The notes beneath the pieces are model-generated. The model made no database searches and was not told the origin of the DNA. It worked only from the letters and a program-made list of their open reading frames with translations. A program made the position numbers and the translations under genes. Below are positions 1 through 11,097 of a stretch of DNA of 56,984 nucleotides, piece after piece. The stretch comes from Candidatus Omnitrophota bacterium (GTDB taxonomy: Bacteria > Omnitrophota > Gorgyraeia > JAFGGP01). The stretch covers positions 1 through 56,984 of the forward strand of contig JAFGGP010000051.1 of assembly GCA_016930485.1 (NCBI GenBank), given 5' to 3'. Position 1 is the first letter of the stretch; the number at the start of each line of letters is the position of its first letter.

Positions 1-69
1 CCTCTTCTGTCACACTATCCTCACCAAGCAACGATTATCAACTAAGCAACATCCAAAAACGTGCATCAG

Positions 70-141
70 AGCCGGCGGAGGGATTTGAACCCCCGACCTG
101 AGGTTTACAAAACCCCTGCTCTACCCCTGAGCTACGCCGGC
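70..141 (-). tRNA. tRNA-Thr(UGU)
   Basis: Minus strand folds as a cloverleaf: acceptor GCCGGCG/CGCCGGC, anticodon loop TT-TGT-AA, T-loop TTCAAAT; CCA not encoded. Confidence 0.95.
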
Positions 142-173
142 AGACTTGCCTATCCGCTATAAAATGTAAAAGT

Positions 174-1043
174 TTAACTAAAAACTGTCTTAAAAGCAAG
201 AGGAATCTTTCCAAGTATATCGCCGGCAATCAGTCCGTAGGACCCTAGTTCTTGCTCGGCAAGATCGCCTGCCAAGCCGTGGATATAAACACCCATCCTT
301 GCTGAGTCGTACAGGGTAAACCCCTGCGCTAAAAGCCCCGCTATCACACCGGTCAACACATCGCCGCTGCCGGCAGTAGCCATACCCGAATTGCCTGTCT
401 GGTTGCAGTAGCTTGCCCCACAGGGAGAGGCAACAATTGTGTTGTGCCCCTTTAAAACAACCGTCGTTTCGTATGTTCGGGCAAAAGTAACGGCGCAGGA
501 GAGGCGATCGCGTTTGATAGACTCGATATCTTTCTTGAGCAATCGCGTCAGTTCTCCTGGGTGTGGTGTCACCGTAAGACTGCACGACTTTTTTAACAGG
601 ATATCGGTGGCTTCTTCGAGGGCGTTCAATCCATCTGCATCCAACACCACGGGTTTGCTGATTCTTGTAAGAAGAGATCTAACAAGGAGTTGTGTCGGCC
701 TGTGACGGGAAAGGCCGGGGCCGATAACAACGACATCGGACTCTTCAATGCACTCACAGATTTCTTCTTCTGCATCGGGTGATAAGACACCGCCGGCATC
801 CTCTCGCAACGGCCTTGTCATCACTTCTGTCAGTTTAGTCGCGCAAATAGCATTCAGAGAAGACGGAATCCCCAACTTTACTAGACCGCAACCCGACCTG
901 AGCGCCGCCTCACAGCAAAGACAGGCCGCACCAGTCATCCCCAGGGACCCTGCAACAACAAATACAGCACCTACATCACCCTTATGGGTATCGGGTTTCC
1001 GTTCCGGAATGACAATATCGGCAAGCGTCTTTGGTATCTTCAT
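174..1043 (-). CDS. nnrD: ADP-dependent NAD(P)H-hydrate dehydratase (YjeF C-terminal domain only)
   Basis: Motifs HKGDVG, GPGL, VLDADGL, TPHPGE, ATAGSGDVLTG; no epimerase (NnrE) domain. Confidence 0.92.
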   Translation of the reverse strand: MKIPKTLADIVIPERKPDTHKGDVGAVFVVAGSLGMTGAACLCCEAALRSGCGLVKLGIPSSLNAICATKLTEVMTRPLREDAGGVLSPDAEEEICECIEESDVVVIGPGLSRHRPTQLLVRSLLTRISKPVVLDADGLNALEEATDILLKKSCSLTVTPHPGELTRLLKKDIESIKRDRLSCAVTFARTYETTVVLKGHNTIVASPCGASYCNQTGNSGMATAGSGDVLTGVIAGLLAQGFTLYDSARMGVYIHGLAGDLAEQELGSYGLIAGDILGKIPLAFKTVFS

Positions 1044-1052
1044 GCGATAACG

Positions 1053-1442
1053 TTACACATCTTGCTGCACTAAACATACAGAAACAGCAAAATCATCGTT
1101 GTGCGAAATACTCAACGAAACCTGTCTTCCCTTTATGCAGTTAAGGGTATCACTAAAAAAGGGGCTTCCATCGCCACGTTTCAGCACCTCCAGTTGAGTA
1201 AGGCGCATTCCGCGCACATCTTTTCCCAGTGCCTTGACAAGGGCCTCTTTTGCCGCAAACCTACCGGCAAAAAACTGGTAAGGTTGGCGTATCTTTCTGG
1301 CGATCTTTAATTCATTCGCTGAATAGACACGTTTTAAAAAAAGATCTCCCCATCTGTCGATTATTTTTTCAATTTTGCTGACGCTAACGATATCTATCCC
1401 AATCCCCATATATTTCCCGTCAATACAATTATCGCTGTTCAA
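1053..1442 (-). CDS. acpS: Holo-[acyl-carrier-protein] synthase
   Basis: [22 protein letters not shown] motifs; follows pdxJ. Confidence 0.93.
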   Translation of the reverse strand: MNSDNCIDGKYMGIGIDIVSVSKIEKIIDRWGDLFLKRVYSANELKIARKIRQPYQFFAGRFAAKEALVKALGKDVRGMRLTQLEVLKRGDGSPFFSDTLNCIKGRQVSLSISHNDDFAVSVCLVQQDV

Positions 1443-2154
1443 CGCAGACCAGATGCTTCATCTCCCGTACAGCACGCTCCAATCCAACAAGTATGGCGCG
1501 TGAGACAACAGAGTGGCCGATATTAAGCTCGTGTAGGCCTCCCAGTTGAGCAACGGCACCGACATTCCGATATGTCAGTCCATGGCCAGCATGAACAGTC
1601 AATCCAAGAGCCGTGCCGCAGGCAATGGCCTTTTTGAGTTTTTGTAATTGCCGGGTCCTTTGCTGTGCGGTTTTTGCCTGAGCGTACGATCCCGTGTGCA
1701 GTTCAACAGCAAGACACCCGGTCTCTTTGGCCTTTTCAATCTGCGGGGATTCCGGATCTACGAAAAGACTTACATTAATATGTGCCCCCCGTAACCTGCT
1801 CACCGCCTGCCGGATAGAACGAAAAAACCGAATCACATCCAACCCTCCTTCAGTAGTTAATTCCTGTCGTTTCTCGGGAACAAAGGTTGCCTGATCGGGT
1901 TTGTGCTTCAAGGCAAGTGCAACGATAGAGGGAGCTATCGACATCTCAAGATTCAGGCGCGTTGAAACAGTTTCTTTTAAAAGCCGAACGTCGCGTTCCT
2001 GTATATGCCTCCGGTCCTCCCGTAAATGAACAACAATGCTATCGGCACCGCCCAATTCGCAGAGTGCCGCAGCCCACACCGGATCGGGTTCGTCCGTTTG
2101 CCTGGCCTGGCGTACCGTTGCAACATGATCAATATTAACACCGAGTAACGGCAT
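1429..2154 (-). CDS. pdxJ: Pyridoxine 5'-phosphate synthase
   Basis: [42 protein letters not shown]. Confidence 0.97.
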   Translation of the reverse strand: MPLLGVNIDHVATVRQARQTDEPDPVWAAALCELGGADSIVVHLREDRRHIQERDVRLLKETVSTRLNLEMSIAPSIVALALKHKPDQATFVPEKRQELTTEGGLDVIRFFRSIRQAVSRLRGAHINVSLFVDPESPQIEKAKETGCLAVELHTGSYAQAKTAQQRTRQLQKLKKAIACGTALGLTVHAGHGLTYRNVGAVAQLGGLHELNIGHSVVSRAILVGLERAVREMKHLVCVEQR

Positions 2155-2166
2155 ATATCTGCATTC

Positions 2167-2346
2167 CTATTTAATAAAGTCGATCCGGTCCACCTTTAGC
2201 TCCTCTACAGGTTCTTCCTTAAACGTCGGCATGGAAATCACGTCGCGTGATTTCATGAGTTCGGCGTCAATATAAAACCACGTCAGAATGGCCAGCACCA
2301 GAGAGACAAGTTTTAAGCCTATATTATAGGTAAAGACCCTTTTCAT
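2167..2346 (-). CDS. 59-aa CdaR/YbbR N-terminal-like membrane peptide (not in ORF track)
   Basis: Manual translation MKRVFTYNIGLKLVSLVLAILTWFYIDAELMKSRDVISMPTFKEEPVEELKVDRIDFIK*; its ATG overlaps the cdaA TGA (ATGA); N-x-x-LK-x-x-SL-x-LA-x-x-x-W resembles the CdaR membrane anchor. Confidence 0.75.
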   Translation of the reverse strand: MKRVFTYNIGLKLVSLVLAILTWFYIDAELMKSRDVISMPTFKEEPVEELKVDRIDFIK

Positions 2347-3158
2347 GTGCGAATTCTCCGCGTCGTTATACCTTGCGGGTTGAATACCTCGAAAAATGAA
2401 TGTTTAGTCTGTCCTACCTGATAGAACTTGTCAAGCGTCTCCTTTAACCTCATCTCGTCGGCGCCGCTATACAGTCGGCCATCTATGGCAAGAGAAATAT
2501 CTCCTGTCTCCTCCGAGACTACGATAACAAGTGCGTCACTTTCTTCCGAAAGCCCTATGCCCGCCCTATGCCGTGTTCCGAGCGTCTTCGAAACATTCGG
2601 ATTCTGGGTCAATGGAAAAAGGCAGCTGGCCGCCGCCACCCTCGCCCCCTCAATAATCACCCCGCCGTCATGCAAGGGGGTGTTTGGCATAAAAATCGTG
2701 GCGATCAGCTCGCTGGTGATTTTGGCATCAACCGGTATGCCGCTTTCAATAAACGGTTGGAGGGAGACCTCGCGTTGCACGGCTAGAAGAGCCCCGATCT
2801 TTTTCTTGGAAAGAATGGTAATCGCCTTGATCAGCTCGGTGGTTACATCCTCTCCCCGCAAGAAAAAACCAATGAATCTGCTCTGTCCCAACCGGGCAAG
2901 ACCCCGTCTTAGCTCTGGATGAAAAATGACCAACAGGGCAATAATGGAAATGGCGAACAGCCGGGACAGGATCCAGTTGATAACCTCGAGTTTCAGCTGA
3001 TGAGAGATAATAAAAAGAACCGCCAGCACAATCAATCCGCGCAATACCTCAAATGCCCTTGTATCTTTAATAAAGACAAGCAGATGATAGTAAATCACCC
3101 AGAGAATAAGAACTTCACATATCGGTTTCCACAGAGAAAGTATATGAGCTATATCCAT
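2343..3158 (-). CDS. cdaA: Membrane diadenylate cyclase
   Basis: Three N-terminal TM segments; PLHDGG and GTRHRA catalytic motifs; VSEETG. Confidence 0.95.
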   Translation of the reverse strand: MDIAHILSLWKPICEVLILWVIYYHLLVFIKDTRAFEVLRGLIVLAVLFIISHQLKLEVINWILSRLFAISIIALLVIFHPELRRGLARLGQSRFIGFFLRGEDVTTELIKAITILSKKKIGALLAVQREVSLQPFIESGIPVDAKITSELIATIFMPNTPLHDGGVIIEGARVAAASCLFPLTQNPNVSKTLGTRHRAGIGLSEESDALVIVVSEETGDISLAIDGRLYSGADEMRLKETLDKFYQVGQTKHSFFEVFNPQGITTRRIRT

Positions 3159-4018
3159 CTAGCCGTCCCCGCCTCTTTGTAATACCTCCAAGACCCTTAC
3201 AACCTGCCGCATCTGCGACACATCGTGAACGCGGACAATGCGTGCCCCCTTGATCACGGCAAAGGAAATGGCAGCGGCCGTGCCAAATATCCTTTGATCT
3301 ACTTCCAGGCCAAGTATCTCTCCTATAAATGATTTGCGCGAAAGCCCTGTTACTACCGGCCTTCCGAAAACATGAAATTCGTCAAGCCGGTTCAGAAGAA
3401 TGGCCGTGTGTTTCAGGCGCTTGGCAAATCCTATGCCCGGATCAATCGCCAGAGATTCCGGTGAAATGCCTGCCTTCTGAGCCGCCTGCAAGCGCTCAGT
3501 AAGTTCATATATAACATCGCTGACTACGTCTCCGTATACCGCTTCTTCCTGCATAGTCTGAGGCGTACCCCGCATATGCATAACGATGCAGCCACAGGCA
3601 GACTCCTTCACAACCTCGAGCATTCCCGGGTCTCGAACCAGACCGCTGACGTCATTAACAATATGCGCCCCGTGCTCAATGGCCTGGCGGGCCACCACCG
3701 CCTTTGTCGTATCTATCGAAATCGGCACGGAGACCGCATGGGAAAGCTCTGAGACAACCGGTATGGTCCTCTCAAGTTCTTCCGCGGCACTTACCGCACA
3801 GGCACCAGGGCGCGTAGATTCCCCGCCGATATCGATAATATCGGCCCCTTCCTCAACCATCTCCAACGCCCTCTTAACGGCCTCCTCCCTGCCCTGGTAT
3901 TTCCCCCCGTCACTGAATGAATCAGGGGTAACGTTAAGTACCCCCATGATCAGCACCTTTTTGGATACGTCGAGTACCCTATCCGTCAGCCTCCAGATAT
4001 GTGCCGTTTTGGTATAAT

Positions 4019-4022
<4 letters not shown>
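3159..4022 (-). CDS. folP: Dihydropteroate synthase
   Basis: MGVLNVTPDSFSDGG, IGGESTRPG, DPGIGFAK, SRKSF, RVHDV. Confidence 0.97.
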
Positions 4023-5998
<1,976 letters not shown>

Positions 5999-6003
5999 GT
6001 CTG

Positions 6004-7050
6004 CTACCTCGCACCGGGTATTGAGGCACGCTGTGCCTTTTTATGAAATACAAGCCGTTTCTCCTGTTTGCTAACCGCTATTCCGCCCGGAAGGTCGACG
6101 ACGGACAAACCGGGCCGCTCTGCGATGAGGGTTTCCACCTCTTCAAGATGACGTGATGTAATGCGTTTTAGATCTCCCTTTAACCGTTCGATCCCCATGC
6201 GCACGATATACCTCCGCAGGGCCGGGGTAATTTTTCTCATCCGATCACAATCCAGTGCAAAAGAGTCTCTACCCGGGCAGGCATCGGGCAGTTCTACGGT
6301 TTTCATCTTTCGCCGAGCGTGCTTTGCTATAAAATCAAGGTCGGCCCGCACAGTATCGGCCATATTCGCCAAGAGATCTTTAATGTTCGGATTAAACTCC
6401 GTCTCAAGGAGCGGAAGAACGCGATGGCGGACTTTATTCCGGGTAAATTCGGTGCCGAAATTAGTTATATCGGTTCGATATGCTATGTGCCCGGCAGCAA
6501 GAAACCGCTCTACGGTATCTTTTCTCGTCTTTAAAAGAGGCCGTATGATATAGATGCCATGAGGAGAGCACTCCCGTACCGGAGCCATCCCGCACAAGCC
6601 CTGTATTCCCGCGCCCCTCACCAGGCGCATAATCACTGTTTCGGCCTGGTCATCCAGTGTGTGTCCTAAGGCGATCTTGGTCGCGTTATGGATGCGGGCA
6701 CAATCGGTAAAAAAGGCAAGTCGTCTCTTTCGCGCCACATCCTCCAGCGACCCTTTCGTCTGTCTGTACAGAACGGCTATGTTTTCCTTCCGGCAAAAAA
6801 ACGGAACCTCACATTTTCGTGCAAGGTCTTCTACAAACGCGGCGTCCTCACCGGAATCACCGCGCAACATATGATCGAAATGCGCGACAGCGAGGCTAAA
6901 GGGGATATGCGCTCTTATATTCAGTAAGGCAAAAAGAAGGGCGACCGAATCAGGACCTCCGGAGACACCGGCAATAACCGTGTCTGTCGGCGTCAACATA
7001 TTGTGTCTTACCACAGTTGCTGACACTTCCCCATAAAAGGTGGTCTGCAT
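6004..7050 (-). CDS. tilS: tRNA(Ile)-lysidine synthetase
   Basis: SGGPDS PP-loop, AHFDH, GHTLDDQAET, RNKVR; ATG at 7050 chosen for its GAGAGGAG RBS (track ORF starts at 7074). Confidence 0.95.
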   Translation of the reverse strand: MQTTFYGEVSATVVRHNMLTPTDTVIAGVSGGPDSVALLFALLNIRAHIPFSLAVAHFDHMLRGDSGEDAAFVEDLARKCEVPFFCRKENIAVLYRQTKGSLEDVARKRRLAFFTDCARIHNATKIALGHTLDDQAETVIMRLVRGAGIQGLCGMAPVRECSPHGIYIIRPLLKTRKDTVERFLAAGHIAYRTDITNFGTEFTRNKVRHRVLPLLETEFNPNIKDLLANMADTVRADLDFIAKHARRKMKTVELPDACPGRDSFALDCDRMRKITPALRRYIVRMGIERLKGDLKRITSRHLEEVETLIAERPGLSVVDLPGGIAVSKQEKRLVFHKKAQRASIPGAR

Positions 7051-7124
7051 GTCTCCTCTCTGTTTCTTGCCCATGAATCACTGAGTTATTATCGCGGCGC
7101 TATCGCATCTGGCGCCCATCGACA

Positions 7125-7432
7125 AGCGTGCGCTCCTTACTCGTCGCACGTCGATTCCTTCGAACCCCGTTGACATCCTAACGCGCGCTCTACAAAGTCC
7201 ATAAACCCACATATTATGAGCGAAGTAGAGTGGCGGTGCAGGGACTCGGCGCCTTCCGTGCTTTGCACGTCAGGTCGGCCACCCGCCTCACCATCAGATG
7301 CTCCTATTCGTCGCATCTTGTAAGGCTCCCTTCGAGTCCTGCCGCTATCCTCCCTCATTGCAAAGAGCGCGCTCTACAACGTCCATAAACCCACATATTA
7401 TGAGCGAAGTAGAGTGGCGGTGCAGGGACTCG
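7125..7432. repeat. Tandem repeat (184-bp period) containing the last 18 nt of the tRNA-CAU
   Basis: 7183-7248 and 7367-7432 are 66-nt direct repeats with one mismatch (7196/7380); downstream halves share CCTTCGA and a hairpin with a related loop. Confidence 0.9.
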
Positions 7433-7488
7433 AACCCCGGACACGCGGATTATGATTCCGCTGCTCTAACCAACTGAGCTACACCGCC
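7415..7488 (-). tRNA. tRNA with CAU anticodon, probably elongator tRNA-Met
   Basis: Acceptor GGCGGTG/CACCGCC, anticodon arm GCGGA-AT CAT AA-TCCGC, T-loop TTCGAGT; G1:C72 paired and no triple G:C anticodon stem, so not initiator; CCA not encoded. Confidence 0.92.
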
Positions 7489-7533
7489 ATGCACCTTAAT
7501 TGCAATATTGGAAAAGGATTATTTGAAATGTTA

Positions 7534-7561
7534 ATTATAACACTTTTTCTACTTTTTGCAA
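7534..7561 (-). promoter_or_regulatory. Sigma70-type promoter for tRNA-CAU
   Basis: TTGCAA-N16-TATAAT with an extended -10 TG, in an AT-rich spacer about 45 nt upstream of the tRNA. Confidence 0.6.
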
Positions 7562-7570
7562 AATAATACC

Positions 7571-8041
7571 TTAGCGCCAAATCTTTAAAATACAGTACTT
7601 CTGAATACCGGACGGCACCTGGGCCTCAACCACATCCCCGACCCCATGACGCAAGAGCGCCTTGCCGACCGGTGAGGTCGTTGAGATTGTGCCGGTCTCT
7701 GAATCGGCCTCAAGGGGGCTCACTAGTCTGAATCCAGTCTCCTCTCCTGTTTTAATGTCTTTTACCGAAACAAAAGAGCCGATATAGACCAAGTCGTTAG
7801 GGATGTCCTGATCATCAATAATAACCACGTCGGAAAGGGCATCCTCCAAAAAACGGATCCTATCCTCTGTTAGGCCCTGGGCATCTTTTGCCGCATCATA
7901 TTCTGCATTTTCGCTTATATCGCCGTGGAGGCGCGCCTCCTCTAGTTGTTTCGAAATCTCCTGACGTCGTTCCTTGGTTAAATAATTAAGTTCCTTCTTT
8001 AGCCTCTCGTATCCCTCGCGAGTCAAATACTGCTGAGCCAT
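7571..8041 (-). CDS. greA: Transcription elongation factor GreA
   Basis: YLTREG, HGDISENAEY, ISTTSPVGKALL; ATG at 8041 has a GGAGG RBS. Confidence 0.96.
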   Translation of the reverse strand: MAQQYLTREGYERLKKELNYLTKERRQEISKQLEEARLHGDISENAEYDAAKDAQGLTEDRIRFLEDALSDVVIIDDQDIPNDLVYIGSFVSVKDIKTGEETGFRLVSPLEADSETGTISTTSPVGKALLRHGVGDVVEAQVPSGIQKYCILKIWR

Positions 8042-8068
8042 GGTCACCTCCGCATGTGTCTGTATTTC

Positions 8069-8929
8069 TTAAACGGCGCCCTGATCTGTCTTGTTAAAAG
8101 AAAGCCCGCTGGGCCTATAGCATTCTAAATCCAAAACAATAAAATGGAAACCTATTTTTTTTAATTGTGTTGTGACTTGTCTCCGCAATGAAGGATCGGC
8201 CAATTTATGCATCTCGTCCGCCTCCAGCTCGATGCGCGCCGTATCACCGTGCAGTCGTACCCGGACAAAACGAAACCCCAACCCCGTCAGTGCGGCCTCG
8301 GATTGCTCTATCTTTGCAAGCTTGTCGGTATCAATCGGCACCCCGAACGGTATCCGCGAGGAAAGACAGGCCGATTGCGGCTTATCCCAGCTTGGGAGGG
8401 AAAAGCGGCGGGATAAGGCACGGATCTCGCCCTTGGTCAGGCCCGCCTCCTTTAAAGGGCTCCTGACTCCATATTCGTCAATAGCCCCAAATCCCGGCCG
8501 ATAGTCGGACGCATCGTCCGCGTTGGAGCCTTCCACAATTGTCCGAATCGACCGTTCATCGGCGATAGCCGACAGTTTTTTAAATAGTTCTGCCTTGCAA
8601 AAATAGCACCGCCGGGCAGAATTTTCAACAAAAGAAACATCCTTCATTTCTTCTGTATGGACGATTATCTGCTCAGCATGGCACTCGAGCGCAAACTGCC
8701 CTGCCTCCTTGAGGTGTTCGCGCTGATATGTGGGGCTATCCGCCGTCACCGCCAGTACATTATGCGCCCCAAGGGTGCGTACGGCCATATAAAGTAAAAA
8801 ACTGCTGTCGACGCCTCCTGAAAAAGCAACCAGGATCGAATGGTATGCCCTAAGGATATCCTCGAGTCTCTGCACCTTTTCTTCCAGAAAAGACACACAG
8901 TCATGCTTGTCTATCTGTCGCAAATCCAC
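8069..8929 (-). CDS. larE: LarE-family ATP-dependent sulfur transferase
   Basis: AFSGGVDS PP-loop, RCYFCK, GSNADD-x-x-DYRPG, ACLSSRIP; GTG start with GGAGG RBS. Confidence 0.85.
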   Translation of the reverse strand: MDLRQIDKHDCVSFLEEKVQRLEDILRAYHSILVAFSGGVDSSFLLYMAVRTLGAHNVLAVTADSPTYQREHLKEAGQFALECHAEQIIVHTEEMKDVSFVENSARRCYFCKAELFKKLSAIADERSIRTIVEGSNADDASDYRPGFGAIDEYGVRSPLKEAGLTKGEIRALSRRFSLPSWDKPQSACLSSRIPFGVPIDTDKLAKIEQSEAALTGLGFRFVRVRLHGDTARIELEADEMHKLADPSLRRQVTTQLKKIGFHFIVLDLECYRPSGLSFNKTDQGAV

Positions 8930-10002
8930 CCTCCCCCCAGAACGGCAGTATCGTCATAAAATACGGCTGCCTGCCCTGGCGTAACCGCATATGCATCCTC
9001 ATTCAACAAAACATGCACCGTAGAAGGCTGTTCTATCGGACAACATATAGTCCCCGCAAGTTTCTGCTGGCGATAGCGGATTTTAATCAGGCAGGGGACC
9101 TTCTTACCGATGGGCAGCTCGGGGGCCATCCAGTTTAGGCGCTCGCAGTAAAATTCTCTTTTTCTGAGTGCCCCCCTCTCTCCAACAACAAGTCGGTTTC
9201 CCGGAATATCCTTTTTTACAACGTATAGCGGCCGCCTCGCCGCTACCCCAATGCCTCTTCTCTGTCCAATGGTGTATCGATAAAGTCCCCTGTGACGCCC
9301 CAAGAAAACCCCTTCTGCACTTACAATATCGCCCGAACTCGCCTGGTCGGATACATGTGCGCCCAAAAAAGTACCTGTATGCTCACCACACGTAAAACAG
9401 ACCTCCTGGGAAGAAGCTTTATCGTGCGTTACAAGACCGAGTTTTTGCGCGCACCGCCGCACCTCATCCTTTGTCATATCGGAAAGAGGAAGTATGGTGC
9501 GGGTAAGCTGCTCCTGTCCCAGAGAAAACAGAAAATACGACTGATCCTTTTTGCAGTCGCGCGCCTCCCTGAGTATATATCGTCCCTGCGCAGGGTAATG
9601 TATAACCCCTGCATAATGTCCGGTAGCAATATAAAAAGCACCCAATTCATCCGCTTTTCTTGCCAAGACACGGAACTTAACCCGCTCATTGCAGACGACG
9701 CATGGGTTAGGTGTCCTTCCGGACATATACTCATTGATAAAGTAATCGATGACCTCACGACGGAACTCCCTGCTCACGTCTATCACGTAAAACGGAATAT
9801 CCAGCTTGAAGGCAACGTTACGTGCGTCTTCGACGTCGTAATATGAACAGCAGCTTTTCTCCCATTTCTCGGCACACTGCTCCTTTGTCCAAAAACGCAG
9901 GGCGATGCCGGTTACCTCATACCCCTCCTGCCTGAGCTTGTATGCCGCCACAGAACTGTCAACCCCCCCGCTCATCCCCACAATAACCTTCTTTTCATCC
10001 AT
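8911..10002 (-). CDS. mnmA: tRNA 2-thiouridine(34) synthase, CxxC+C type
   Basis: MSGGVDS, TPNPCVVCN, ATGHYA, KDQSYFL, SQEVCF, YTIGQRRG, VTPGQAAVFY; start refined to ATG 10002. Confidence 0.96.
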   Translation of the reverse strand: MDEKKVIVGMSGGVDSSVAAYKLRQEGYEVTGIALRFWTKEQCAEKWEKSCCSYYDVEDARNVAFKLDIPFYVIDVSREFRREVIDYFINEYMSGRTPNPCVVCNERVKFRVLARKADELGAFYIATGHYAGVIHYPAQGRYILREARDCKKDQSYFLFSLGQEQLTRTILPLSDMTKDEVRRCAQKLGLVTHDKASSQEVCFTCGEHTGTFLGAHVSDQASSGDIVSAEGVFLGRHRGLYRYTIGQRRGIGVAARRPLYVVKKDIPGNRLVVGERGALRKREFYCERLNWMAPELPIGKKVPCLIKIRYRQQKLAGTICCPIEQPSTVHVLLNEDAYAVTPGQAAVFYDDTAVLGGGWICDR

Positions 10003-10056
10003 GCCAAAAACCTCGTCCGTTTTCAATCCCTGCATGCACATCCTGCGGCGGGTGCA

Positions 10057-11091
10057 TTACCTAAGAATGGTTACCCTATCGCCTATTCCGGAGCTTATTG
10101 CGATCTCTAGCTCATCGGAGCCCTTTTGTTCAGAGATAATAATACACTCAATATATGGAAGTGTCTCTATCAGTCGCATTCCTTCATCGGCCCCCATAAC
10201 AAATAAAGCCGTTGCCAGTCCGTCAGCGGTAACGCACTGAGGCGCAATGACGGTAACGCCGATTACCCGGGAGGACGAAGGCCTGCCGGTACGCGGGTCG
10301 ATAATATGCGAATAACGCTCGCCCCCAAAGGTCACAAAATTCTCATAATCTCCGGATGTGGCAACCGCCGTATCCACAAGTCGCAAAAGCCCGATTACCT
10401 TCTTTTGATTTCTGGGGTGCCGGATGCCAACCTTCCAGGGGTCCTGCTCACTCTTAGCCCCCAGACAGTAGATGTCGCCGCCGCAATTCACAAGGGCGCT
10501 GCGGACCCCATGCGCCCGAATCGCCTCTATCGCCCTGTCAACCGCATAGCCTTTCGCAAGTCCCGCCACATCGATCTCCATTCCGTCCTTCTCCAGATAA
10601 AAAGACTCTGTCTCAGGTTGCAATACGAGATACTTTGTTCCCACAACCTCCAGGGCCTTTTGAATCTCTTCTGCGTGCGGCAGTGAATGGACTATCTCCT
10701 GCGAATAAAACCCCCACTGTCTCACCAGAGGGCCCACCGTAATATCAAACGCCCCCTTTGTTAATGAATAAAGGCGGATCGCCTCACGAAATACGGCCAA
10801 GACATCGGGAGAAAGTTGTACCGGCGTCTCTCTCGGGGTCCTGTTTATACGGCTGATTACACTGTCTGCCCTGAAACTACTCATCAGATGATCAATCCGT
10901 TCGATCTCTCGAAAGGCCTCGTTTACAGCCTCTGTAACGTGCGGCTGGGCAAAATCCTCCTGCCGTATCGTGATATCCGCGTATGTCCCCATATGTGTCT
11001 GGCGAAATGTATGGGTATCATGTCTGCCACAGCCGGCAACGCAGACCAGTATGATAACGACAAGAGATATGTTCTTTGAAAAACTATTCAT
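10057..11091 (-). CDS. apbE: FAD:protein FMN transferase (lipoprotein)
   Basis: Lipobox VAGC, MGT, GAFDITVGPL, AKGYAVD, ATSGDYE, HIIDPRTG. Confidence 0.93.
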   Translation of the reverse strand: MNSFSKNISLVVIILVCVAGCGRHDTHTFRQTHMGTYADITIRQEDFAQPHVTEAVNEAFREIERIDHLMSSFRADSVISRINRTPRETPVQLSPDVLAVFREAIRLYSLTKGAFDITVGPLVRQWGFYSQEIVHSLPHAEEIQKALEVVGTKYLVLQPETESFYLEKDGMEIDVAGLAKGYAVDRAIEAIRAHGVRSALVNCGGDIYCLGAKSEQDPWKVGIRHPRNQKKVIGLLRLVDTAVATSGDYENFVTFGGERYSHIIDPRTGRPSSSRVIGVTVIAPQCVTADGLATALFVMGADEGMRLIETLPYIECIIISEQKGSDELEIAISSGIGDRVTILR

Positions 11092-11097
11092 TTATGG

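Noticed and set aside
38-229. 63-aa minus-strand ORF
   Set aside because: It reads through tRNA-Thr and the nnrD 3' end; no protein-like motifs.
7137-7358. 73-aa ORF inside the tRNA-derived repeat
   Set aside because: It spans the repeat units and the duplicated tRNA 3' end and has no recognisable motif; better explained as non-coding.
7183-7432. attL/attR pair of a prophage or island at the CAU tRNA
   Set aside because: Only 118 nt separate the two copies and there is no integrase; at most a remnant, so it is reported as a repeat.
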